From positions 19,361 through 83,360 of the forward strand of contig JBQCGP010000085.1 in assembly GCA_051955535.1 (NCBI GenBank): 64,000 bases of DNA. The letters run 5' to 3'. The first letter of the stretch is position 1, and every line of letters starts with the position of its first letter. The notes under the pieces were generated by a model. It had not been told where the DNA came from. It did no database searches and was given only the letters and a program-made list of their open reading frames with translations. A program made the position numbers and the translations under genes. This document shows, in pieces, positions 52,859 to 64,000 of this stretch. The DNA is from Gaiellaceae bacterium (GTDB lineage Bacteria > Actinomycetota > Thermoleophilia > Gaiellales > Gaiellaceae).

Positions 52859-53452
52859 CTAGTAGGGCGGGAGCTCTGAGTACCAGGGACCGAGCTGCTT
52901 GAACGCGTTCCAAAAGGCCGTCTTGGCGGGTTGCTCGTCGAGCGAGGCGTCGATGTCCGGGACGACGAGCGCCTCGATTGTGGGGGTGAAGCGCTGGAGC
53001 TCGCCGACCTTCTGCTCCAAGGTGTCGGCGAGCGGGAACTCGAGCTCGTTCAGGAAGCGCAGCGCGTCGTCGCCCATCACGACGACGAGCTTCGGCTGGA
53101 CGGTGTGGAGCTCGCGGGTCAGGAACGCGCGCGCCTCCTCGTCGTCCTCGCCGGCGAACTTGATGCAGTTCGTGCCGTAGATCGCGAGCGGATCGACCTG
53201 CAAACGCTGCAGTGACTTCAGGATCGCCTGTCCGGCGCGGCCGTAGAAGGCGACGCCTTCCTGCACCTCGGCCTGCTGCGGCCCGTACTTGAGCAGGAAG
53301 ACGTCGCCGAGCGGATGGCCCGACCCGAGCACCGGAATCCCCTCCGCACCCGCAGCTTTCTGGATCTCGTCGCCGAGCTCGTTGATCTCGGTGATGGCCT
53401 TTTGCAGGTACTTCTCGTAGATCTCGTCGGTGGGCGTCGGCGACACGGGCAT
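52859..53452 (-). CDS. uracil-DNA glycosylase superfamily protein with non-canonical motif A
   Basis: IPVLGSGHPLGDVFLLKYGP...GVAFYGRAGQAILKSL...IYGTNCIKF...VVVMG follows the UDG family 4/5 fold pattern, but with GSGH instead of GEGP. Confidence 0.6.
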   Translation of the reverse strand: MPVSPTPTDEIYEKYLQKAITEINELGDEIQKAAGAEGIPVLGSGHPLGDVFLLKYGPQQAEVQEGVAFYGRAGQAILKSLQRLQVDPLAIYGTNCIKFAGEDDEEARAFLTRELHTVQPKLVVVMGDDALRFLNELEFPLADTLEQKVGELQRFTPTIEALVVPDIDASLDEQPAKTAFWNAFKQLGPWYSELPPY

Positions 53453-53466
53453 GGTCGAGTTCTCGC

Positions 53467-55191
53467 TCAGCGGACCCGTTCCTTGGCTTGCGCCGCCCAC
53501 TTGAGTGACTGCAGGTAGAGGAGCGACTTCGGCCGCCGCAGAACCTGGGCCGAACGGAGGCTGACGAGGAACTCTTCGCGGTCGTGGAACTCGCGCATCC
53601 GGAGCGTGCCGGTGCCGACGCCCTGGAGGACGTGCGCGTCGGAGCCTGCGCCCATCGTGAGGTTGTACTTGCGCGCAAACCGGAGTGCCTCATCGTTGTA
53701 CGCCTCGAACAGCAGCCGCGCGTTGTAGACCTCGAAGACGTCGATCTCGCCGAGGTACCGCCGCAAGGTCGCGGGGTCGGGGATCGCATGCATGCGGTCG
53801 AACGGGTGGGGCAGGTAGGCGATTCCATCCTGCTCATGGATGGCGGCCAGCGTGTCGCCGAACGAGAGCCCGCGTGGGATCTCCTCGCTCAGGTAGAGGC
53901 CGATCACCTCGCCCTGCTCGTCGGTCTTGACCTCTTCGCCGGGGATGACCGTCAGCGGCGTCGTCGTCGCCAGCGCCTCGAGCGCGCCTCCGAAGACGTT
54001 GTGGTCGGTGATCGCGACTGCGCCGAGGCCCTCGCCCTCGGCGTGAGTGAGCAGGTCGGCGACTTCGATCGCGCAGTCGTGTGACCAGTTGGTGTGAAGG
54101 TGAAGGTCGCAGACGATCCAGTCGCGGTCGGCGAGCGGCTCGTCGGTTCCTGCGACCCGGCGTCGTTTCGCCAGCTCGCGGTAGATGGCGTCGTGCTCGC
54201 GCGCCAGCCGGGCGAAGGTCTGCCCCTCGGCGCGCTTACGGTTCTCTCGCCCTTCGTGCTCGCGGAGCCCGTCGTCCTCCGCGAGCCGCGCCGTGGCGGC
54301 GGCGGCGAGCTCGGGCTGTGTCCGCAGGCCGGGGGGCGCGGCAATCGCCGCGCCGGCGGCGGCAGCCTCGAGCGCGACGCGGTTGAGCCCGTCGAGAGCG
54401 GGAACGAAGATCGACGCCTCGTTGAGCAGCGGCGCCCGGGCGACGCCGTCGCGCGCGGTGCGAACGCGGACTCGGCCGGCCAAGGCGCGTGGAATCGTCG
54501 GCCGGCCGCTCAAGGGCTTCGTGCGCAGCATGACCAGGTCCCAGTCCGGCAATTCGCGCAGGGCGCGCAGCACCGAGCGCGCGAGGCGCTCGCCGGGGCG
54601 CCACTCCAGCACGATCAGCTTGCGTTTCGCCACTGGCCGAAAGAGCTCGGTGTCGACCCCGGGAGAGACGAACTGATAGTCGCCGGGGAGCCGGAGCTCG
54701 GCGGCCTCGGCGACCTCGGCAGAGGTCGCCAACAGGGCGTCGATCCGCGAGAGGAGACGCGCCCGCTGCGGCTTCCCGGGCGGGTAGCCGAGCCGGTCTG
54801 CCGAGAGGAAGGTCGCGACGCCCAGCGCGTGCGAGTCGCGCAGTGCGAGATAGGAGAGGCTCGGCAGTCCCGGCTCGAACCCGTGCACGATGTCGAAGCG
54901 GCCGCGCTCGAGCGCGAGCGCGAGGTTCGCCCGCACGCCCACCGGTACGCCGATCCGGCTTCGGCGCGAGACCGGAAGCGCAGGGCCGAGGGCGATCACG
55001 TCGCGCCCGCTCCCCCCGTCGAGAAGTGCTCGCCGCCCGGCGACGATGTCGCTGGCGCGGGTCGACGCTGCGAGCACGGTCACCTGGTGCCCGAGCGCCC
55101 GCAGCTCGCGCGCGAGCCCCTCGACGTGCTCGTTGACGTCGTGCGGCCTCGACCAGGCGAACGGCGTCACGAGGCAGACTCGGAGGCCCAT
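53467..55191 (-). CDS. GT4 (PimA-like) glycosyltransferase fused to a C-terminal PHP phosphoesterase domain
   Basis: N-terminus MGLRVCLVTPFAWSRPHDVNEHVEGLARELRALGHQVTVLA plus ...GLNRVALEAAAAG.... The C-terminal ~200 aa has CDLHLHTNWSHDC, AITDHN, GEEV, LPHPFD and GSDAH, a complete set of PHP metal-ligand motifs. Confidence 0.8.
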   Translation of the reverse strand: MGLRVCLVTPFAWSRPHDVNEHVEGLARELRALGHQVTVLAASTRASDIVAGRRALLDGGSGRDVIALGPALPVSRRSRIGVPVGVRANLALALERGRFDIVHGFEPGLPSLSYLALRDSHALGVATFLSADRLGYPPGKPQRARLLSRIDALLATSAEVAEAAELRLPGDYQFVSPGVDTELFRPVAKRKLIVLEWRPGERLARSVLRALRELPDWDLVMLRTKPLSGRPTIPRALAGRVRVRTARDGVARAPLLNEASIFVPALDGLNRVALEAAAAGAAIAAPPGLRTQPELAAAATARLAEDDGLREHEGRENRKRAEGQTFARLAREHDAIYRELAKRRRVAGTDEPLADRDWIVCDLHLHTNWSHDCAIEVADLLTHAEGEGLGAVAITDHNVFGGALEALATTTPLTVIPGEEVKTDEQGEVIGLYLSEEIPRGLSFGDTLAAIHEQDGIAYLPHPFDRMHAIPDPATLRRYLGEIDVFEVYNARLLFEAYNDEALRFARKYNLTMGAGSDAHVLQGVGTGTLRMREFHDREEFLVSLRSAQVLRRPKSLLYLQSLKWAAQAKERVR

Positions 55192-55220
55192 TCGCCTCCG
55201 AGTCTAGCCCCGCCTGTTCG

Positions 55221-56369
55221 CTAGGTGGTCTCGACGGGCTCGGCCGTCGCGGCGGTCTTCTTGCGCGCGTTCTGCGCGATGAAGTCCTCGACGAGGTCGC
55301 GCGCGGCGTCGTCCGCGTACTGGACCGGGGGTGACTTCATCAGGTACGCGGACGGGCCTTCGAGCGTTCCCGAGATGCCGTTGTTCATCGCGAGCTTCGT
55401 GAGGCGCACGGCATCCGTGACGACGCCCGCCGAGTTCGGCGAGTCCCAGACCTCGATCTTCAGCTCGGCGTTCAGCGGCACGTCCCCGAACGCGGTGCCC
55501 TCGAGCCGGATGTACGCCCACTTGCGGTCCTCGAGCCACGGAACGTGGTCGGAGGGGCCCACGTGGATGTCGCCGGGCGGGATCTCGTAGGGGACGGTCG
55601 ACTGGATCGAGTACGTCTTCGAGATCTTCTTGGACTCGAGCCGCTCGCGCTCCAGCATGTTCAGGAAGTCGGCGTTGCCGCCGAAGTTCAGCTGGAACGT
55701 CCGGTCGACCTTGACGCCGCGGTCGCGGAAGATGCCCATAAGGACGCGGTGCGTGATCGTGGCGCCGACCTGCGACTTGATGTCGTCGCCGATGATCGGG
55801 ACGCCGGCCTTCTTGAAGCGGTCGCTCCAGTACTTCTCACGGCCGATGAAGACGGGCATGCAGTTCACCATCGCGCAGCCGGCGTTGAGGATCTGCTCGG
55901 TGTACCACTTGGTCGCCTCCTCGGAGCCGACCGGAAGGTAGTTGACGACGACGTCGGTACCGGTCTCCTTGAGGATCCCGACCACGTCATCCGTCGAGCC
56001 CTTCGCCTTCTTGACCTTCTGCGACAGGTACTTGCCGAGCCCGTCGTGGGTCATGCCGCGCGAGACCGTGATCCCGGTCTTGGGCACGTCGGCGAACTTG
56101 ATCGTGTTGTTCGGGTGGGCCCAGATCGCCTCGCCGAGGTCCTTGCCGACCTTGCCCTCGACGACGTCGAAGGCGGCGGTGAACTCGATGTCGCGGACGT
56201 GGTAGCCGCCCAGGTCGACGTGCATCAGGCCCGGCACGAAGTCGCCAGGGTTGGCGTCCTTGTAGTACTCGACGCCCTGCACGAACGAGCTCGCGCAGTT
56301 GCCGACGCCGATGATCGCCACGCGCACCTTCTCGGCGGAGCGTGCGGCCTTACCGTTGGTCGAAGCCAT
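55221..56369 (-). CDS. ino1: inositol-3-phosphate synthase (myo-inositol-1-phosphate synthase)
   Basis: [23 protein letters not shown]...NYLPVGSE...SQVGATI..R...[11 protein letters not shown]. 382 aa, the bacterial/archaeal type. Confidence 0.95.
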   Translation of the reverse strand: MASTNGKAARSAEKVRVAIIGVGNCASSFVQGVEYYKDANPGDFVPGLMHVDLGGYHVRDIEFTAAFDVVEGKVGKDLGEAIWAHPNNTIKFADVPKTGITVSRGMTHDGLGKYLSQKVKKAKGSTDDVVGILKETGTDVVVNYLPVGSEEATKWYTEQILNAGCAMVNCMPVFIGREKYWSDRFKKAGVPIIGDDIKSQVGATITHRVLMGIFRDRGVKVDRTFQLNFGGNADFLNMLERERLESKKISKTYSIQSTVPYEIPPGDIHVGPSDHVPWLEDRKWAYIRLEGTAFGDVPLNAELKIEVWDSPNSAGVVTDAVRLTKLAMNNGISGTLEGPSAYLMKSPPVQYADDAARDLVEDFIAQNARKKTAATAEPVETT

Positions 56370-57051
56370 CTGCTTCCTTTCGCTGAAGTTGTTTTCTGAC
56401 GGACAGGATTCTCTGCACCACCGTCACGCAGGCGGTTACGGCGAGCAGGTAGACGAACCACTGCAGAGGGACGCCGAGCGGCGCCAGGATGAGCCCCGCC
56501 GAGATGACGACGACGCGCTCGGCGCGACCTCCGAGGCCGACATCGCCCTTGAGGCCGATCAGCTCCGCCTTCGCGCGCGCGTACGAAACCAGGTAGGAGG
56601 CCGCCACCGCGACGACGCAGAAGACGACGGCGACATCGTCGCCCGCGCGCGCGAAGACGTACGCGATCGCCGCGAGCACGAACCCCTCGCTGACGCGGTC
56701 GGAGAGGGAGTCGAGGAACGCGCCGAACGGGGTCGCCTTCTGGCTTTGGCGCGCAAGCGCGCCGTCCAGGATGTCGAGGATCGAGCCCGTGATGAAGAGC
56801 GCCGCGGCGAGCCAGTAAACGAGGAGTTCGTTCCGGTTCTCGAACGGAATGACGAAAGTCGCCGCGATGCAGAGCAGCACGCCTCCGGTCGTGAGTGCGT
56901 TCGGGCTGACGCGCGTGCGCGCGAGACGGGTGACGTAGCGAGTGGCGAGGCGGCGGGTCCCGTCCGTGTAGGCCTGCTGGACGGAGCCGACCACTGCGGT
57001 CCGGTTCACGTCTCGGACCGTAGCACCGGTCTCTTGCGAGGGCCTCTGCAC
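56350..57051 (-). CDS. CDP-alcohol phosphatidyltransferase (PIP/AIP-synthase-like)
   Basis: [30 protein letters not shown] matches D-x2-DG-x2-AR-x8-G-x3-D-x3-D. The start is GTG 57051 or 57009. Its end overlaps ino1 by 20 nt. Confidence 0.85.
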   Translation of the reverse strand: MQRPSQETGATVRDVNRTAVVGSVQQAYTDGTRRLATRYVTRLARTRVSPNALTTGGVLLCIAATFVIPFENRNELLVYWLAAALFITGSILDILDGALARQSQKATPFGAFLDSLSDRVSEGFVLAAIAYVFARAGDDVAVVFCVVAVAASYLVSYARAKAELIGLKGDVGLGGRAERVVVISAGLILAPLGVPLQWFVYLLAVTACVTVVQRILSVRKQLQRKEADGFDQR

Positions 57052-57077
57052 CGTCGGCAGGCGGCCGATCTGCGCCG

Positions 57078-57830
57078 CTAAGCGGCGGCCGTCCGGGGGC
57101 GCAGTCGCCTGAGCGGCCGTCCGTAGACGACGCCGAGTGCCACGAGCGCGACCAGTACGCCGGCCGCGACGTCGAGCCAGAAGTGGTTGCCGGTCGCCAT
57201 CACCGAGAACCAAACCCAGGCCGGCCAGAGCGCCCAGAAGATTTTCGCGAACCAGTTGCGGCAGACGGAGACAAGGACCACACCGATGATCAGCGCGTCC
57301 GCGGCGTGCAGGCTCGGCATCGCGGCGTAGGGATTGGCGAGGACGCTGACGAGGCCGCTGCCGTGGTTGAGGCTTGCGAACTGCGAGAGGGTGTCGTCGA
57401 AGCCAAAGTCGGGGAACATCCGCGGCGGCGCGGTCGGAAGCACGACGTAGCCGACGAGCCCGATCACGTTCGCGAGGAGGATCGTGTTACGGAAGCGGAT
57501 GAACGCCTCGTGACGCCGCAGGTAGACCCAGAGCAGCGCCAGTCCGACGACGGTGAACTCGGAGTTCCAGTACGTCCACGAGGCAAGGCTCATCAGCAAG
57601 TGGGACGAGTCCACGAAGCGCTGGAAGGTCAGTTCGATCAGCCCGTGGATGTGGCGCTCGAAGCCGATCACCTTCAGCCCGTTGTCGAAGGCCTTCGGCG
57701 GGTTGCGGTCGGCGATGCCCCGTGCAGCTTGGTAGGCGAAGAGGAACCCGAACCAGATGGCGAGTTGCTTGGCCAGGTCGCCCCAACCGGCGGGAAGAAC
57801 CCGGCGTCCTACGGCGGCGAGGGTCGTCAT
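57078..57830 (-). CDS. PAP2_C-type membrane protein (inositol-phosphorylceramide-synthase / lipid phosphatase-like)
   Basis: 250 aa with 6 TM helices. ...LPTAPPRM...AAMPSLHAADALI...GNHFWLDVAAG resembles the PAP2 C2/C3 motifs. Confidence 0.7.
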   Translation of the reverse strand: MTTLAAVGRRVLPAGWGDLAKQLAIWFGFLFAYQAARGIADRNPPKAFDNGLKVIGFERHIHGLIELTFQRFVDSSHLLMSLASWTYWNSEFTVVGLALLWVYLRRHEAFIRFRNTILLANVIGLVGYVVLPTAPPRMFPDFGFDDTLSQFASLNHGSGLVSVLANPYAAMPSLHAADALIIGVVLVSVCRNWFAKIFWALWPAWVWFSVMATGNHFWLDVAAGVLVALVALGVVYGRPLRRLRPRTAAA

Positions 57831-57923
57831 TGGACCCGTCGATTTTAAAGGGATGGGCGGAGGCTGCGAAAAGGGCTGGAAAAACCCCTGCTAACCGCCG
57901 ATTTGGCTCATCGAACGCGCCGA

Positions 57924-57941
57924 GGCGCCGCTTGCGGCGCC
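57924..57941 (-). terminator. GC hairpin downstream of moaA
   Basis: GGCGCCG-CTTG-CGGCGCC, about 60 nt after the moaA stop. No T-tract. Confidence 0.35.
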
Positions 57942-58002
57942 GACCTAAAAGGTCGTGCCGACATGCGCGGCGCGACCGCTAAACCCGGCTTGCTGAGTGC
58001 GA

Positions 58003-58992
58003 TCAGCCGCCGATCTGTGACATGGAGCGACTCGCCTTCACAAAACCTGGCTCGTTGATCTTGTGCTTGAGCTCCTTGTGGGCCACAGCGAAGCGGAGCA
58101 GCTCCTCGACGTGTTCGTCGTCGGCTCCGTCACGGAGTGGCGTCTTCAGGTCCCACTCGCGGCGCGAGAAGAGGCAGGTGCGAAGCTGCCCGTCGGCGGT
58201 CAGCCGGATCCGGTCGCACGTCGAGCAGAACGGCTCCGAGACGGGGTTCACGAAGCCGATCTCGCCGGCACCGTCCTTGAAGCGGAACCGACGTGCGGTC
58301 GAGGACGGCTTCGCGGGGATCTCCTCGAGGGGCCAGTGCTCCTCGATCAGGGCACGGATCTCGCCGCCGATCAGGACGTCGTCGTCACGCCAGGCCTCAT
58401 CGGCGTCGAGCGGCATGAACTCGATGAATCGGACGACGTAGGGCTTACGGCGCGCGAGCTCGGCGAGGGCGGGCACCTCCTCCTCCGTGAAGCCGCGGAT
58501 CGCGACGCAGTTGACCTTGATCGGGCGCAGCTGCGGGTGGCGTTCTGCCTCCTCGAGCCCGGCGAGCACCCGGTCGAGCGCGTCGCGGCGGGTGATCTCG
58601 GCGAAGCGGACGTGCGAGAGCGAGTCGAGCGAGACGTTGAGGCGGCGGAGACCCGCCTCGACCAGCGGCCCGGCGAAGCGGTCGAGGAGGACGCCGTTCG
58701 TCGTCAGCGAGAGGTCGCGGACGCCCGGGGTACCCGCGAGCATCTCCACGAGCACCGGCAGATCGCGGCGGACAAGCGGCTCGCCGCCGGTCAGCCGCAC
58801 CTCATCGACACCCATGCGGGCGAGCACGCGCACGAGCCGGGCGATCTCCTCGAAGCTCAACACCTCCGCGCGGTCGAGCCACTCGAGCCCTTCGGCCGGC
58901 ATGCAGTAACGGCAGCGGAAGTTGCACTTGTCCGTCACCGAGACGCGTAGCGACTTGATCTCGCGTCCCCACGAGTCGCGCAGCGGCTCCAT
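58003..58992 (-). CDS. moaA: GTP 3',8-cyclase (molybdenum cofactor biosynthesis protein A)
   Basis: LRVSVTDKCNFRCRYCMP (radical-SAM CxxxCxxC), a C-terminal second cluster (CSTCDRIRLTADG) and a GG tail. Confidence 0.95.
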   Translation of the reverse strand: MEPLRDSWGREIKSLRVSVTDKCNFRCRYCMPAEGLEWLDRAEVLSFEEIARLVRVLARMGVDEVRLTGGEPLVRRDLPVLVEMLAGTPGVRDLSLTTNGVLLDRFAGPLVEAGLRRLNVSLDSLSHVRFAEITRRDALDRVLAGLEEAERHPQLRPIKVNCVAIRGFTEEEVPALAELARRKPYVVRFIEFMPLDADEAWRDDDVLIGGEIRALIEEHWPLEEIPAKPSSTARRFRFKDGAGEIGFVNPVSEPFCSTCDRIRLTADGQLRTCLFSRREWDLKTPLRDGADDEHVEELLRFAVAHKELKHKINEPGFVKASRSMSQIGG

Positions 58993-59069
58993 GGTCAGAG
59001 AGTAGCCACGTTTGACGACGGTCTCGCCGAGGGAGGCCGCGGCTAAACCGATCAAGGAGGCTCAGAGCG

Positions 59070-59228
59070 ATGAGCGACACCGACTGGACGATGGACAACG
59101 GCGAGGAAGACATCGACGAACAGGGCCGGAATCCCACCCAGCAACGGATGGACGAGGAAGCGTCGCCGTCCGAGGTCGAGAACGAGCCGAGCCCCCACCA
59201 GGGCGAGGAGGGCACCGAGCCGGTTTGA
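59070..59228 (+). CDS. small highly acidic protein (52 aa), absent from the ORF track
   Basis: AAGGAGG lies 9 nt upstream of the ATG. MSDTDWTMDNGEEDIDEQGRNPTQQRMDEEASPSEVENEPSPHQGEEGTEPV. Third codon positions are almost all G/C, as in neighbouring genes. Confidence 0.5.
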   Translation: MSDTDWTMDNGEEDIDEQGRNPTQQRMDEEASPSEVENEPSPHQGEEGTEPV

Positions 59229-59260
59229 CGTGACGGGCGGTCCTGACCCGCGCGCCGGTC

Positions 59261-59746
59261 TCAGCGTTGGACGACCCGCCAGGCAGTGCGGTTGGTGCGG
59301 CTTCCGTTCCAGGGCCAGTCGGCGGGCTCGGCGCAGAGGCCCGCGCGCACCGGGTTTGCGAGCACGTATGCGCAGATGTCACGGAGCTCGTCCTCGTCTT
59401 CGATCAATCCCGACCAGAAGCGGTCGCCGAACAGGTGGCCCTTCCGCGTGTGGCGGCGGTTGAACGTCTGTGCATAGACGCCGTTGAGGCGCTGGACGCC
59501 TGCCGAGAGCTCGTCGCGGAGCGCTTCGACGACCAGGTGGTAGTGGTTGGTCATCAGACAGAAAGCGTGGACGAGCCAGTCGTGGCGTCGCACGACGTCG
59601 GCGAAGAGGCCGACGAAGAATCGGCGGTCGTCGTCGCTACGAAAGATCGGCGTTCCGTCGACTCCCCGCGTGCACACGTGGTACGTGCCGTCGGGGAACA
59701 CGTAGCGGGGCAATCGACCCGTCACTTGGCCCACGGTACGCGCCAC
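59261..59746 (-). CDS. IS200/IS605-family Y1 HUH transposase / REP-associated tyrosine transposase (RAYT)-like
   Basis: YHVCTRG......F..D.D...F......V...H.W.VHAFCLMTNHYHLVVE (HUH = HYH) ...GHLFGDRF......DE..L...C.YVLANPVRAGL (catalytic Tyr helix). 161 aa. No IS605 tnpB partner. Confidence 0.85.
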   Translation of the reverse strand: MARTVGQVTGRLPRYVFPDGTYHVCTRGVDGTPIFRSDDDRRFFVGLFADVVRRHDWLVHAFCLMTNHYHLVVEALRDELSAGVQRLNGVYAQTFNRRHTRKGHLFGDRFWSGLIEDEDELRDICAYVLANPVRAGLCAEPADWPWNGSRTNRTAWRVVQR

Positions 59747-59895
59747 GAAGCCGCGGACAAGTCCCGGCGGAACCTGCCGGTGGATGAAACGTCACACCTT
59801 CGTTGCAGTCGCCATGACCGTTTGCGGCAGTTCGGGTGGACAGTCCACTACGAAGTGCCACGCACGCGCTCTTGGCGCGACCGTGCCGACCGTCG

Positions 59896-60981
59896 TCAGA
59901 TCAGCCAGCTGCCGTTCTCCTGCACGACCTCTCCGTCGCACAGGAGCTGTCCGCCCGGCCGGAGGTCCTTGACCATGTCCCAGTGCACGGAGCTCTGGTT
60001 CTTGCTCCCGAGAGTGGGAAAGCCGGCGCCGATCGCGAGGTGGACGGTGCCGTCGATCTTCTCGTCGAAGAGCGTGTTTCGCATGTAGCGCTGGATGCCC
60101 GGGTTGCAGCCGATCCCGAGCTCCCCGAGTACCCGGGCGCCGTCATCCCGGTCGAGGGTTTCGAAGAGAACGTCCTCGGCGCTCGTCGCGGAGGCCTCGA
60201 CGACGCGGCCGTCCCGGTAGACCATGCGGACGCCTTCGACCTCGTTCGGTTCCTGGAAGGCGGGAAACTCGGAAAAGTGGATGACGCCTTCCGTCGCATG
60301 CTCGACCGGGCAGTAGTAGACCTCGCCTCCGGGAAGGTTCGCGTGTCCCGCGTCGACCTCGCCCTCGCGCCCCTCAAGGCTGAGCGTCAGGTCGGTGCCG
60401 GCCCCGACGATCCTGACCTCCGACGCCCGGTCGAATCGCTCCTTGATCCTCGCCATGCGCTCTGCCTCGGCGTCCCAGTCGAGCAGGCAGGCGCCGTAGA
60501 GGAAGTCCTCGAAGTCGGAGAGCGACATCCGAGCGTCCTGCGCCATCGCCGGCGTGGGGTAGCGGCAGGCGACCCACGGGATCTCGTCGGACAGCCTCCG
60601 CATGCGTTGCGCGTGCCGTCCTTGTGCGAGCAACGCGCGGCGCTCGCCTGACAGCTCGAGTCCGGCCGCCGTGTTTTCCGGCGCGCCGATGTTCATCCAC
60701 GCATCCATGGTCTCCCACGCCTGGCGGTCTGCGGGCGCGACCTCGGAGAGCAGCTGCTCCGGCGCCTCCATTGCCCAGAGCGTCTCGAACGGGACGTCTT
60801 CCATGCCGGCATCGCCGAGTCGAACCAGCGGATAGGCGCCGCGTCGGGCGATTAGACGCACGACCTCCTGGACGAGCGGTCGCGCAAGCCACGACGAGTT
60901 GATCCACACCTGCCAGCCCGGCTGGACGTCGAGCGAGCGCTCGACGAGGAGCTTCGCGTACGCCTCGATCCGTGGGTCCAC
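59896..60981 (-). CDS. M29 family aminopeptidase (AmpS/PepS-like)
   Basis: [24 protein letters not shown].........LV.EV...A...GA.P...; ...NLPGGEVY..P...T.G...; LAIG.G...G..N.S..HWD.V. Confidence 0.9.
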   Translation of the reverse strand: MDPRIEAYAKLLVERSLDVQPGWQVWINSSWLARPLVQEVVRLIARRGAYPLVRLGDAGMEDVPFETLWAMEAPEQLLSEVAPADRQAWETMDAWMNIGAPENTAAGLELSGERRALLAQGRHAQRMRRLSDEIPWVACRYPTPAMAQDARMSLSDFEDFLYGACLLDWDAEAERMARIKERFDRASEVRIVGAGTDLTLSLEGREGEVDAGHANLPGGEVYYCPVEHATEGVIHFSEFPAFQEPNEVEGVRMVYRDGRVVEASATSAEDVLFETLDRDDGARVLGELGIGCNPGIQRYMRNTLFDEKIDGTVHLAIGAGFPTLGSKNQSSVHWDMVKDLRPGGQLLCDGEVVQENGSWLI

Positions 60982-60996
60982 GCGCGAATCCTATGT

Positions 60997-61025
60997 TTGC
61001 ATGAGCCCGCACGCCTTGATACTCT
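60997..61025 (+). promoter_or_regulatory. candidate sigma-70-type promoter of the dnaK operon
   Basis: TTGCAT (60997-61002), 17 nt, TACTCT (61020-61025). It sits about 50 nt upstream of the dnaK ATG, in the only AT-richer stretch of the intergenic region. Confidence 0.4.
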
Positions 61026-61077
61026 GAGGCTTAGATTTTCTCAGCCGGAAAGTAAGCTAGACAAGGAGACACCACCA

Positions 61078-64000
<2,923 letters not shown>

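Noticed and set aside
58993-59260. Possible Moco riboswitch in the ~270-nt leader between the RAYT-like gene and moaA (minus strand).
   Set aside because: I could not recognise the conserved Moco-motif helices by eye. The region also contains a well-formed small ORF on the opposite strand. A covariance-model search (Rfam Moco RNA motif) on 58993-59260 minus would settle it.

Overview
High-GC, densely coding chromosomal window, Actinomycetota-like (a composition and gene-content guess only; no searches were possible). Most genes are on the minus strand, and many adjacent genes overlap by 1-4 nt (ATGA, GTGA, TAGTG). All family names come from reading motifs in the translations, not from database hits.

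Content from left to right:
- 1-3043: polyamine-type permease, aminotransferase and FAD oxidase operon.
- 3023-7224: housekeeping genes, including msrA and msrB.
- 7354-9083: ECF sigma / anti-sigma pair.
- About 9.1-18.0 kb: accessory region ending at tRNA-Ala(TGC). It carries large secreted repeat proteins (collagen-like/Gly-rich, RCC1-Ig-PASTA, FG-GAP), an orphan protein with a HEPN-like RNxxxH motif, and several decayed gene fragments: a frameshifted Zn-ribbon gene, a DUF4238-like stub, an Mrr-like nuclease fragment and an integrase C-terminus.
- 19372-25674: six-gene operon DUF4331, TPR, two NicO-type Ni/Co permeases, RskA-like anti-sigma, ECF sigma.
- 25994-44455: monoderm-type Tad/Flp pilus locus (TadG, two LuxR response regulators, histidine kinase, prepilin peptidase, DUF192-REC fusion, TadC, vWA-TadB fusion, CpaF, TadZ, CpaB, TadE). 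It has three tandem 58-aa Flp pilin genes, two of them below the ORF-track length cutoff, plus a fourth decayed copy. Three large polytopic glycosyltransferase-like membrane proteins flank the pilins.
- 44656-46901: carbamate kinase plus a CPGS-like GTPase.
- 46913-53452: assorted housekeeping genes.
- 53467-57830: inositol-lipid cluster (PAP2_C, CDP-alcohol phosphatidyltransferase, inositol-3-phosphate synthase, PimA-like GT4 fused to a PHP phosphoesterase).
- 58003-64000: moaA, a solitary IS200/RAYT-like HUH transposase, an M29 aminopeptidase, and dnaK-grpE-dnaJ (dnaJ runs off the window).

The most interesting items are the amplified flp array with its duplication scars and glycosyltransferase neighbours, the DUF4331/NicO/ECF-sigma operon, the GT4-PHP inositol cluster, and the orphan HEPN-like gene in the tRNA-anchored accessory region.
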